A stretch of 34,601 nt of DNA from Candidatus Iainarchaeum sp. (GTDB lineage Archaea; Iainarchaeota; Iainarchaeia; Iainarchaeales; UBA10191), in the NCBI GenBank assembly GCA_030649735.1, contig JAUSFL010000038.1, positions 1 to 34,601 on the forward strand. Reading direction: 5' to 3'. The position numbers and the translations under genes are program-made. The notes under the pieces were generated by a model, which was given only the letters and a program-made list of their open reading frames with translations, was not told the origin of the DNA and did not search any database. The stretch's first letter is position 1. The number at the start of each line of letters is the position of its first letter. Below, piece by piece: positions 24,848-33,477 of this stretch.

Positions 24848-27800
24848 TTAATTACATGTTAAATTCTCGGCAGGTCTTGGATAGGCGGTCTTTATAGCCC
24901 CATTCTTTCCAAAACCAACTCCAGAATCTATTCCTTTGTCAACTACTACTATTATTCTATACCCATTTACTATGGCCTTAGAAAAATAACAATATACTTT
25001 GGATGATTCTTTTTTGATTGAACCTGAATCTCCCACAGTATCAAAAACTAACTTCTTAATATTACTTTCAGACACGTTTGATGTGACAGCCGAAAATCTT
25101 GTTCCGCCACTTATTTCTCCAGTAACATGTTTTTTCCATAAGTGTTGCCAACCCCAATCATTAGTGCCTTTTTCAATCCAACGCACTGCAGAACTAGAAT
25201 CTTTGCCAGCATATTTTACAACTTCAAGGTCTTTTCCACCATTTTTTATTACTCCTTCCAAAATCTCATTACTCGCTCCACTTCCTTTCAATCTGACTAT
25301 TGCGGATTCTCCTTTGGAAACAAACCATTCTGTTAATTTTGGGAACTTGCTTGTTATTTTACCGCTTGCAAAGTCTATTTTTAGCAAAGCCAATTCTGCA
25401 GCCCTGGCTACTTTACTGCCTTGCGTGGATTTTTTCGCGCCATTCAAAATCAAGTTAATCTTTCTGGTAGTGGTTGAAATCTTTTCAGCAGTTCCAATAA
25501 TTTTGATGATTTTGCTGCCTTTAGCCAAGACATTCAAGGCCTTGACAGCGCCAGTCTCTAGAGTTGCTGCAGGAACAATCATTAAGACAGTAGAGCCAGC
25601 GTCAAAAGCGCACCATACAGTAAACCAGCCATCATCAAGACAGCTTCCAATAGTGAAAAACTTGGCGCCTTCCCAACCAAGGCCAACCCAATCAACTTCT
25701 TCTATCGTAAATGGAATTTCATCCTGAACGCAAACATCAGAATTGTCATAACAAGTTGCGCTTGATAATCCTTGCTTTTGAACAAGAACACTTTTTGATA
25801 TTCCCGCACTTACTGCCACTGCTTTGGGAGTGCAAAATTCAACTAGAGAAACAGCCTTCCAATCACTGGTTTTTTTGGAATTGTCTTTTCCAACAGCATA
25901 TGCCCTAAAATACATTGCTCCAGATGCAGTGCAAGAGCGTAAGGCGAGGATTGAAGCATAATTTCCAGAAATGTTGATTTTAGGATAAGAAACTTTCGAA
26001 ATGCTAGTTCCATTAGTGTAAGGCGAATACTCCACTCCGGTTTCTTTAATGCTGCCTGAAACCTGCCATTCCAAACTGCCAATAAAATCCTTTTCAATAC
26101 TGTCTGTGAATTCTGTTACAGTGACAGAAACTCCCGAAGACCCACTGCAAGCCCCACCAGAACAACCATTAGAGCAATTTTCAACAAGCCTTGCGGCATT
26201 GCTTGAAGAACAGCTGGCGTTTGAACTGCCCGCATTATTGCAAGTAAAAGATTGGTAATTCTGGTAAACGCTTCCAGACTGGCAGAACTTGCTTCCAGCA
26301 AAAGCGTCAGTTCCGCATTGAGAGTTAGAAGAGCAAGTTATTGATTGGTTAACGCATTTTCCGCCAGAACAAGTTTGACTGGAACTGCAGGTTTGAACTG
26401 TTTTAGACTCAAGCTTTGAATTTGAAAAGCAAGAATTGCTCGAGCATCCTTTAGTGTAGCAATAACGCTCTTTCTTTACCTTATTGCCTTCACAATAATT
26501 GCTCCAAGAATCGCAAGAATTGCTTCCACAGTCTTCAGCCAATTCCTGCTTTTTCTTGCAAGAATCAAACCAATACAAGTCATTGTTAGAGCAAGACTGA
26601 TACGATTGAGGAATGCAAGCTGGTTGTTTGCATGCCCCATTAGAACAGCCGTTAAGGCACGACTCTACAAGGCGGTCGCTTGTGCTATTCGAGCATTTGG
26701 CGTTTTGTGTTCCGGAATTCTTGCAAGAGAATGTTTTGAATTTTTGGTAAACTTTATTGTTTTTGCAAAAAGGATTTCCGGTAAAGTCATTAGTTCCACA
26801 GTCAGAATTTGAACTGCAAAGCGGTGAATTACAGTTTCCATTAGAGCAGCCAAAACTGCAGTTCTCGTTTCCGACACTGGAAAGACTTGAAGGCCATTCT
26901 AAAAAAGAGTCAGAATCATAATTACTGCAAGTTTGCTTTACAGAACCGCTACATCTAGTCTGCCCGCTGTTGCATTCGTTTGAATTGCAAGAGCCATTAT
27001 AACAACCATTTGAGCAAGGGAATGCATTAGTGAGACCGCAATTGTCAGTCCTAAAAGCCATTGTACTGGCGTCAGAGCAAATCCAGCCGGGAGCACATTG
27101 ATTGCAAGACCCATTGGCACAACCATTAGGACAGGCCTCAATTACCCGATTTTCATCATTGTAAAAGCAAAATCCAGAATCGCAAGAGAAAGTTCGGAAA
27201 GTGTCACTGGCAGACCCAAAAGAACAAAAAGGCATGCTCAACCAACTATCTTGCCCGCAAGAACTGCTTGAAGAACAAGCTTTTTGTTGTTTAGTGCTAT
27301 AAAAAACTTCATTGAGTCCAGGATATCCTGTACTTCTGCCATTATCCCAAGAAGCGATAATAAATCCATTACCTGAAAGAATTCTTGGAAAATTAACAAA
27401 AGAATCAACATTAATCTCTTCAGGCAGGCTCCAAGAAAGCCCGTCAACGCTTTTGTAATAGTAAAACTTTGTGTCAGTGTTCAAAAAAGACCCAAAAACC
27501 ATGTGAAATCCTTCCGAATTAGAACTTATTGAAAACCGCCAAGGCGCAGTCCTTGAGAATATTATTCTTGAACTTTGCGACCAATTCAACCCAAAATCAA
27601 CTGATTTTCGCACAAAAATAGCATTTCCGCAAGACCAGGAAATAATCAAGCTTTCAGGGCTATCTTTCTTTCCCAAAACATTTTTTTCAAATACTGGCTG
27701 ATTATTGCCGCTCAACTCACAATTCAATCGACCATTATAGTCTGAAAGCTTCTGGATTGAACTCCAATTAGCGCCACTATCAGAGCTTAAAGTAGTATAA

Positions 27801-28501
27801 AGTCCGGTGCTAGTTGTAAAAGAAACCAAGATTTTAGAACCATTAGGCAGCATTGCAGGATATCTTGAACTGCTTGAAATCTGCTTTTTTGCAGACCAAT
27901 TCAATCCAGAATCAGAACTGTTAGAGTAATAAATTGTGCCATACTCGCCAGTATTGCCTTTCTCAAGCCAAACCAAATGCAATTTTCCATTGAAAAATGA
28001 AATAACCGGGGAAATAACATTAACATAATTTCCACTGTACAAAAGCTTCGCAGGACTCCAAGTGTTTCCCAAATCCAGACTTTTTATAAAATATATTTTG
28101 CCAAAATTTGAAACAAAGCCATCTTCCTGCCAAGCCAAATAAATGTTTTGTCCATCAGCAAAAACACTAAAATCCCCAGCTACATTCAAATCAGTTATCT
28201 TTCTTGGCATTGACCAAGAATTTCCTTTATCAACGCTTTGTGAAAAAACAATATTCCTCCGCTTTATTCCTTCTCGATAAGTTTCCTGCGTAGAAATCCA
28301 AAAAGCGGCCAAACCTTGCGAGGTTTTAACAATTCTTGAAGAACTCACAAAGTTAACATAAGTATTTCCCGAATCAACATTATTTGTAATTTGTCCTTGA
28401 TACCAGTTAATCAACGGTTGCTTTTCACTCGAAACAAAACAAGCAGACACCAGAACCAAAACTAGCAATAAAAAAAGTCTCCTCAAAGAAAACTCCCCCA
28501 C
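24848..28501 (-). CDS. Large secreted polymorphic-toxin-like protein: signal peptide, Asp-box beta-propeller, Cys-rich repeats, C-terminal nuclease-like domain
   Basis: RRLFLLLVLVLVSA signal; six SxDxGxxWS-type boxes; repeated CxNGCSNGxC; C-terminal WIEKG..GWQHLWKKH...F...IKTAYP. Confidence 0.75.
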   Translation of the reverse strand: MGEFSLRRLFLLLVLVLVSACFVSSEKQPLINWYQGQITNNVDSGNTYVNFVSSSRIVKTSQGLAAFWISTQETYREGIKRRNIVFSQSVDKGNSWSMPRKITDLNVAGDFSVFADGQNIYLAWQEDGFVSNFGKIYFIKSLDLGNTWSPAKLLYSGNYVNVISPVISFFNGKLHLVWLEKGNTGEYGTIYYSNSSDSGLNWSAKKQISSSSRYPAMLPNGSKILVSFTTSTGLYTTLSSDSGANWSSIQKLSDYNGRLNCELSGNNQPVFEKNVLGKKDSPESLIISWSCGNAIFVRKSVDFGLNWSQSSRIIFSRTAPWRFSISSNSEGFHMVFGSFLNTDTKFYYYKSVDGLSWSLPEEINVDSFVNFPRILSGNGFIIASWDNGRSTGYPGLNEVFYSTKQQKACSSSSSCGQDSWLSMPFCSFGSASDTFRTFSCDSGFCFYNDENRVIEACPNGCANGSCNQCAPGWICSDASTMAFRTDNCGLTNAFPCSNGCYNGSCNSNECNSGQTRCSGSVKQTCSNYDSDSFLEWPSSLSSVGNENCSFGCSNGNCNSPLCSSNSDCGTNDFTGNPFCKNNKVYQKFKTFSCKNSGTQNAKCSNSTSDRLVESCLNGCSNGACKQPACIPQSYQSCSNNDLYWFDSCKKKQELAEDCGSNSCDSWSNYCEGNKVKKERYCYTKGCSSNSCFSNSKLESKTVQTCSSSQTCSGGKCVNQSITCSSNSQCGTDAFAGSKFCQSGSVYQNYQSFTCNNAGSSNASCSSSNAARLVENCSNGCSGGACSGSSGVSVTVTEFTDSIEKDFIGSLEWQVSGSIKETGVEYSPYTNGTSISKVSYPKINISGNYASILALRSCTASGAMYFRAYAVGKDNSKKTSDWKAVSLVEFCTPKAVAVSAGISKSVLVQKQGLSSATCYDNSDVCVQDEIPFTIEEVDWVGLGWEGAKFFTIGSCLDDGWFTVWCAFDAGSTVLMIVPAATLETGAVKALNVLAKGSKIIKIIGTAEKISTTTRKINLILNGAKKSTQGSKVARAAELALLKIDFASGKITSKFPKLTEWFVSKGESAIVRLKGSGASNEILEGVIKNGGKDLEVVKYAGKDSSSAVRWIEKGTNDWGWQHLWKKHVTGEISGGTRFSAVTSNVSESNIKKLVFDTVGDSGSIKKESSKVYCYFSKAIVNGYRIIVVVDKGIDSGVGFGKNGAIKTAYPRPAENLTCN

Positions 28502-28523
28502 AAAACAATCCCGGCTTGCGGGC

Positions 28524-28591
28524 TTAATATGCCTGCGGTTGACTTTTTCTCAACCCCGTGGTTGATTTTTTTTCAACCTCAAGCATATTAA
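28524..28591. promoter_or_regulatory. Symmetric bidirectional promoter with two palindromic operators
   Basis: TTAATAT-N6-GGTTGACTTTTTCTCAACC-N4-GGTTGATTTTTTTTCAACC-N6-ATATTAA between divergent genes. Confidence 0.78.
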
Positions 28592-28679
28592 TGCACGAGA
28601 CAGGATTCAATGTAAGGTAAGCCAATACCCAATGGTTTCCCAACTAAAAGGAAAGCGCTTTTGAAAACAGCCTTTTGTT

Positions 28680-29039
28680 TTGGAAGCGCTTTCCCCACTT
28701 TCACAAAAAGCCCGGGATTTGAAAAAAATGACATTGCTTGAAGAATTCTGCAAAAAAATCATAAACCAACGCTTGATAGAATGGTTTGGCATCCGTCACG
28801 CGAAAGTGCTTTCAACAATAAAAAAGCACGAAAAACTACTGGCCTCTGAAATCATCCTAATAACCTGCATTGAAAAACAATACGCCCTGCAAGCGCTTCA
28901 AGAGCTACGCAAGGCAAAACTAATAGGCTTTAATGGAGAACAATACGTTCTGGACAACGAAATCGAAACAATGCAAAAACTAATGCAAATGAGTGAAAAA
29001 CAAGGAATAAAAGCAGTATCAAAGAGCAAATACTCATGA
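28680..29039 (+). CDS. Small winged-helix (TrmB/ArsR-like) DNA-binding protein
   Basis: KVLSTIKKHEKLLASEI...ALQELRKAKLI...Y pattern; start codon uncertain. Confidence 0.5.
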   Translation: MEALSPLSQKARDLKKMTLLEEFCKKIINQRLIEWFGIRHAKVLSTIKKHEKLLASEIILITCIEKQYALQALQELRKAKLIGFNGEQYVLDNEIETMQKLMQMSEKQGIKAVSKSKYS

Positions 29040-29770
29040 GCCAAATCAAATGCGTAATTTTTGATTTCGGGGACACTCTAGCGCAAAACTCTAAAGCTGG
29101 CTTTCAAGTCAGAAAAAACCCTGCAGAAATTGCAATTTTAAAAAAGCACGGTTTTGAATTTTCAAAAAAAGAGATTCTTGAAGCTTGGATTAGAATGCGA
29201 GAAAAAACCAAAGACATACCAGCCGCAATAAGAATGAAGGACAAGTACATTTATGCAAAGACACTACTGGTTGAATTAGGGCTAAAGCCAAACTTAAAGC
29301 TCGCTAAAGAATGCGAAAAAAGCTACTATAATGCCTTGGAAGAAAAAATCAAGCCAATGCCAAATGCCCTTAAACTCTTAAAATATTTGACAAAAAAGAA
29401 AATTATAATTTGCGTAGTCTCGAACACCAGGATTGGCTTTAACAGAAAAGCGGCAATTAAGCTCGGAATGAAAAAATACATCAAGCACTTCATTATGTCT
29501 CACTTGTTCGGAAGCGTTAAAAGCGACTTGAAAATATTCCGCCACGCTTTAGAAAAAGTTAACAAAAAAAGAAAAAACAGGATAAAACCAAAAGAATGCT
29601 TAATGATTGGGAACAATGTCGAGGAAGACGGGGCAGCAAAAATGATTGGAATGAAAACCGCAATACTAAAACCAACAATAATGCAAGAACACTTGCTAAA
29701 AAAAATAAAACCAGACTACTTGATTAAAGACTTGAAAGAAGTTGAAAAAATAGTGAAAGAAGTTGATTAA
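29036..29770 (+). CDS. HAD-superfamily hydrolase (paralog 1)
   Basis: CVIFDFGDTL, VVSNT, K..LKIF, ECLMIGNNVEEDGAA. Confidence 0.9.
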   Translation: MSQIKCVIFDFGDTLAQNSKAGFQVRKNPAEIAILKKHGFEFSKKEILEAWIRMREKTKDIPAAIRMKDKYIYAKTLLVELGLKPNLKLAKECEKSYYNALEEKIKPMPNALKLLKYLTKKKIIICVVSNTRIGFNRKAAIKLGMKKYIKHFIMSHLFGSVKSDLKIFRHALEKVNKKRKNRIKPKECLMIGNNVEEDGAAKMIGMKTAILKPTIMQEHLLKKIKPDYLIKDLKEVEKIVKEVD

Positions 29771-29787
29771 ACAATAAAGGAATTATT

Positions 29788-30246
29788 ATGGAATATGACT
29801 TTTCAAGACCAATCCACTACTGCGCTAGCGTTTTCGTAATTCACGAGAACAAGATTCTTTTTTTGAAACAATCGAGAAGCAACTACTTATTGCTTCCTGG
29901 AGGCCATGTAGAAGAGGATGAACTTCCCCACGAAACTGCGGTTAGAGAAACGTTTGAAGAGACTAGTTTGAAAATAGAATTACTGGAAAAGTCCAACGAA
30001 AAAGCAAGAACCAAAATAGTCGAACCATTGCCTTTGCCATTGTGCATGCGATTATTGCCTTGCAGGAACAAGAAAGACATTGATTTTTTATACACTGCAA
30101 AAATAATCAGCGGAGAACTCAAAATCAGCGAAGAATCAACAGAAGCAAAATGGTTGTCCGAGCAAGAAATCCAAAACAGCCAAGAAGTGGGTCCAAATCT
30201 GAAATATTACGCACTAAAAATATTAAATGAAAAAAGGGAACAGTAA
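29788..30246 (+). CDS. Nudix hydrolase
   Basis: PGGHVEEDELPHETAVRETFEETSL. Confidence 0.92.
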   Translation: MEYDFSRPIHYCASVFVIHENKILFLKQSRSNYLLLPGGHVEEDELPHETAVRETFEETSLKIELLEKSNEKARTKIVEPLPLPLCMRLLPCRNKKDIDFLYTAKIISGELKISEESTEAKWLSEQEIQNSQEVGPNLKYYALKILNEKREQ

Positions 30247-31041
30247 ATGCCAAAAAAAGTCAATTGCGCTTCCTTCATTTTTGTTAAAGGCAGCAAGTTT
30301 TTAGTTGAGAAAAGAGCAATGACTAAAGCTGTTGATCCTGGCGCTTTGGAGATTCCTGGAGGACATTTTGAAAAAGGAGAGACTGCAGAGCAAGCGTTGT
30401 TAAGAGAAGTTAAAGAAGAATTGAATGTAGTTCCTACAACATACAAACCATTATGCAAACTAGTTTACAAGCACCCTAAAGAAACCCAATTATGCCATTA
30501 TTTTGTAATTACAAAATGGACTGGAGAAATCAAGAATCAAGAAGCAGAAAGCCTGCAATGGCTGGACTTTAGCGAAACCGGCAAAATTGATGTTGCACCA
30601 GACAGAAATGCAGTGAAGATATTTATTGAAAGCAAAAAACACAAGGATGCAATTCTGGTTTTTATTTTTAATGAAGACTTTTCAAAAGTATTAATGCTTG
30701 ACAGAGTGAAAAAATTTGGCTTTGACTGGGGTTTTATGGTTGGCAAAGCCGAAAAAGGAGAAAAAACCCATGAAACAGCCAATAGAGAAGTCTTTGAAGA
30801 ATTAGGTTTGAAAGGATTAAAATTTAATAAAATTAAAGTCGTGGAATACAAAACCGACAATCAAAAATGGAGCCACCATTACTTTCTGGCGCAAATCCAA
30901 AAAAGCACCAGAATCAAATTTCAAAAGTCTGAAGTACACCAAATCAAATGGTTTTCATTAGACAAACTGCCAAAAAGCAGGGCGCCAGACAATCCAAAAG
31001 AAATACTTAAAATTTACTGGCAAAAAACTAAGAAAGTTTAG
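30247..31041 (+). CDS. Tandem double-Nudix hydrolase
   Basis: PGGHFEKGETAEQALLREVKEEL and GKAEKGEKTHETANREVFEELGL. Confidence 0.9.
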   Translation: MPKKVNCASFIFVKGSKFLVEKRAMTKAVDPGALEIPGGHFEKGETAEQALLREVKEELNVVPTTYKPLCKLVYKHPKETQLCHYFVITKWTGEIKNQEAESLQWLDFSETGKIDVAPDRNAVKIFIESKKHKDAILVFIFNEDFSKVLMLDRVKKFGFDWGFMVGKAEKGEKTHETANREVFEELGLKGLKFNKIKVVEYKTDNQKWSHHYFLAQIQKSTRIKFQKSEVHQIKWFSLDKLPKSRAPDNPKEILKIYWQKTKKV

Positions 31042-31073
31042 CATTTAAAACAAGAACAGCGCATTCTTACATT

Positions 31074-31802
31074 ATGGCTCAGGATTTCAAGTGTGTTATT
31101 TTCGACTTTGATGACACTTTGGCCGATACTGCTGCTGTTGTTAAAAAAATCAGGAGTGCGGTCATAGAGCAAAAGATATTGAAAAAACAAGGCTATGATT
31201 TCACGAAAAAGCAAGTGATTAAAGCTCTGGCTTTAATGGACAAGCAAGCAGCAAGAATGCAAGAGACTGAAAGAATCAAGAACCCGATAATTTTCGCGCA
31301 GTTTTTCCTAGAAAACCTCGGGCTAAAGCCAAGCTTAAAACTCGCGGAGCTTTGCGAAAAAAACTTCCAATTGGAAAAAAAGAAAAGAATCAGGCTATTT
31401 CCAAACGCAAAAAGAGTATTGGATTTCCTAAAGGCAAAAAAGAAGACACTGTGCGTGATAACAAACGCAAGCAACAACTCAAACAGGCGAATAGCGCAAA
31501 AGCTAGGCATTAAAAAATACTTCAAGCACTTTTATTCATCGCATTCTCACGGCGGGCTCAAAAGAGACTTGAAAATCTTTCAAAACCTGCTAAAACAATT
31601 AAATAAAAACGCAAAGCAAAAAATCAGGCCAGAAGAATGCTTGATGGTGGGAAATCACGTCGGAGACGACGGCGCTGCAAAGCTTGTTGGAATGAAAGTC
31701 GCGCTCTTAAAACCGACATTGAAGGGAAAAGAGCACTTGAAAAAACTAAAGCCAGACTTCATGCTCAATGACTTAAAAGACATTGAGAGAATCGTCAAAT
31801 GA
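31074..31802 (+). CDS. HAD-superfamily hydrolase (paralog 2)
   Basis: CVIFDFDDTL, VITNA, ECLMVGNHVGDDGAA; clearly paralogous to 29036..29770. Confidence 0.9.
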   Translation: MAQDFKCVIFDFDDTLADTAAVVKKIRSAVIEQKILKKQGYDFTKKQVIKALALMDKQAARMQETERIKNPIIFAQFFLENLGLKPSLKLAELCEKNFQLEKKKRIRLFPNAKRVLDFLKAKKKTLCVITNASNNSNRRIAQKLGIKKYFKHFYSSHSHGGLKRDLKIFQNLLKQLNKNAKQKIRPEECLMVGNHVGDDGAAKLVGMKVALLKPTLKGKEHLKKLKPDFMLNDLKDIERIVK

Positions 31803-31842
31803 ACAGCCAAGCTTAAATATCACTTTGTATACAATTTGTACC

Positions 31843-32109
31843 ATGGTTTTGAAGTCGAAATTAGTGCACTTGCGGCTTAATGCGTCAATGGTGAAGGAAA
31901 TCCAAAAGGCCTGCGTGGACTTTCATTACCAAAGCACTGCGGACTTTTTGCGCGAAAGCGCCCGCGAGAAACTGCGATTTTTAGAAAGGCAAAAAGCATT
32001 GAAGAAAATCAGCGGCAAGGAAGAAAAGGAAGAATTAAGCGAAAAAAAGCTCAGCGAAGCAGTTGATGAAACACAGCAGGAAAAGCACGAATTGCATTAC
32101 TTCAGCTGA
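31843..32109 (+). CDS. Ribbon-helix-helix (CopG-like) protein
   Basis: LVHLRLNASMVKEI...YQSTADFLRESAREKL; likely ATG 31843. Confidence 0.65.
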   Translation: MVLKSKLVHLRLNASMVKEIQKACVDFHYQSTADFLRESAREKLRFLERQKALKKISGKEEKEELSEKKLSEAVDETQQEKHELHYFS

Positions 32110-32210
32110 AGAATTTGGAAAAATAGTCAAATAATGCCAAAAACGCCAAAAAGAATAAAAATACACACTAATAACTATTAGTTATTGAATAATAATTAAA
32201 AGTGATTTTT

Positions 32211-32489
32211 ATGTCTAGAACTTCAGAAGTTTTGATTCAAAAGCCATCGCCAACACTAAACACTGTGCTAATGGTGGAAAATGTCTTGAAGAATTCCAAG
32301 GAAAGCGCAGTGTCAATTGCAGAAATCAAGAGAATGCTTCCAAAGCAAGTCAATCACTACACGCTAAAGGCAATTTTGGAATACTTAGAAGAAAGCAACA
32401 AGATTGCAGTAAGCCTGAAAGGAATAACTTGGATTCAAAACAATAACTCCAACTTGAAGAAAGCAATAGCCAAGGGACTGGAATTATGA
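32211..32489 (+). CDS. Small wHTH protein, probable antitoxin
   Basis: PTLNTVLMVE...EIKRMLPKQV...ILEYLEESNKI; ATGA overlap with the downstream RelE-like gene. Confidence 0.6.
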   Translation: MSRTSEVLIQKPSPTLNTVLMVENVLKNSKESAVSIAEIKRMLPKQVNHYTLKAILEYLEESNKIAVSLKGITWIQNNNSNLKKAIAKGLEL

Positions 32490-32833
32490 AAAAAGTCAGA
32501 GTAGTGCTTTCTCCAGAAGCTGAAGAAGTCTACAATTACTTGAACGCTCAAGCTCCAAAGTCAAAAATTGAAAAGTCAATTCTTTCAGCCCTAACCAAAA
32601 AGACAGAATTAATCAAGGCAAACCCGCATTACGGCAATCCAATATCGAAAGACAAAATCCCGCAAGAATACTGCAAAAAATATGGGATAACAAACTTGTT
32701 CAGGGTTGAATTGCCAAATTTTTGGAGAATGCTTTACTCATTGACAGACAGCGAAAGCAGGATTGAAATAATAGCTTTCGTGCTTGAGATTTCCGACCAC
32801 AATAAATACAGCAAGAGATTCAAGTATAATTGA
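32486..32833 (+). CDS. RelE/ParE-superfamily toxin-like protein
   Basis: VVLSPEA, LIKANPHYG, LFRVELPNFWRMLYSL, HNKY. Confidence 0.65.
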   Translation: MKKVRVVLSPEAEEVYNYLNAQAPKSKIEKSILSALTKKTELIKANPHYGNPISKDKIPQEYCKKYGITNLFRVELPNFWRMLYSLTDSESRIEIIAFVLEISDHNKYSKRFKYN

Positions 32834-32842
32834 TTCTTCAAA

Positions 32843-33328
32843 CTAGTCTTTCAGCTGAAGCACTTGAAAATAATCCTTTTCCTGCTGGCCAATAAACCCT
32901 TCATGCAATACTTCTGCATTCTCGAATTTTGGAAACTCGTGCAAGAAAGTGCCTGGAAGGCACACTAAAGCAAATCCCTTAGGCTTCAGGAATTTGAGAA
33001 TGTTCTTGTCTTCCAGCAAATGCAAGGAATCAATGCAAACAACCCAATCGAATTTTTCTTGGGTCTGGAAGTTTTTCGAAAACACATAATCTATCCAGGA
33101 AAGCTTTGGCTTTACTAAAAGCTCGTTAATGTCTACTCCGACAACTCTGCCCGGCTTGAAGCCCCGGTCGTACAGGAAGCATTCAAACCATGCCTTTCCA
33201 ATTCCCAAGTCAAGCATTGACTGCTTTTCTTTCAAGTGCATTTTCAGGAAAGGCAATGCCTGCTCGAATTTTTCCAATTGCTTTGGCTTCCAAGAGTCAT
33301 AGATTTTGTCAAAGAATTCTGCAGGCAT
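32843..33328 (-). CDS. Class I SAM-dependent methyltransferase
   Basis: MLDLGIGKA, VVGVDI, FDWVVCIDSLH, LKPKG; likely ATG 33328. Confidence 0.82.
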   Translation of the reverse strand: MPAEFFDKIYDSWKPKQLEKFEQALPFLKMHLKEKQSMLDLGIGKAWFECFLYDRGFKPGRVVGVDINELLVKPKLSWIDYVFSKNFQTQEKFDWVVCIDSLHLLEDKNILKFLKPKGFALVCLPGTFLHEFPKFENAEVLHEGFIGQQEKDYFQVLQLKD

Positions 33329-33477
33329 GCAAAAGTAATGCAATTGAGGTTTAAAAAAACTCCTGAAAAGCCAAAGCGCTGATTGCCGAAACCAACAGTG
33401 CAATTTTAAAGAATTAACGAAAGTGTAAAGCTTTTAACCAATTCTGGATTGCTAATGTTAAAAGCCCCAAAGGGAGA

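Noticed and set aside
23747-25727. Long antisense ORFs (23747..24358, 24999..25727; likewise 791..1315 and 20206..20787)
   Set aside because: They shadow well-supported genes on the opposite strand and have no recognisable motifs.
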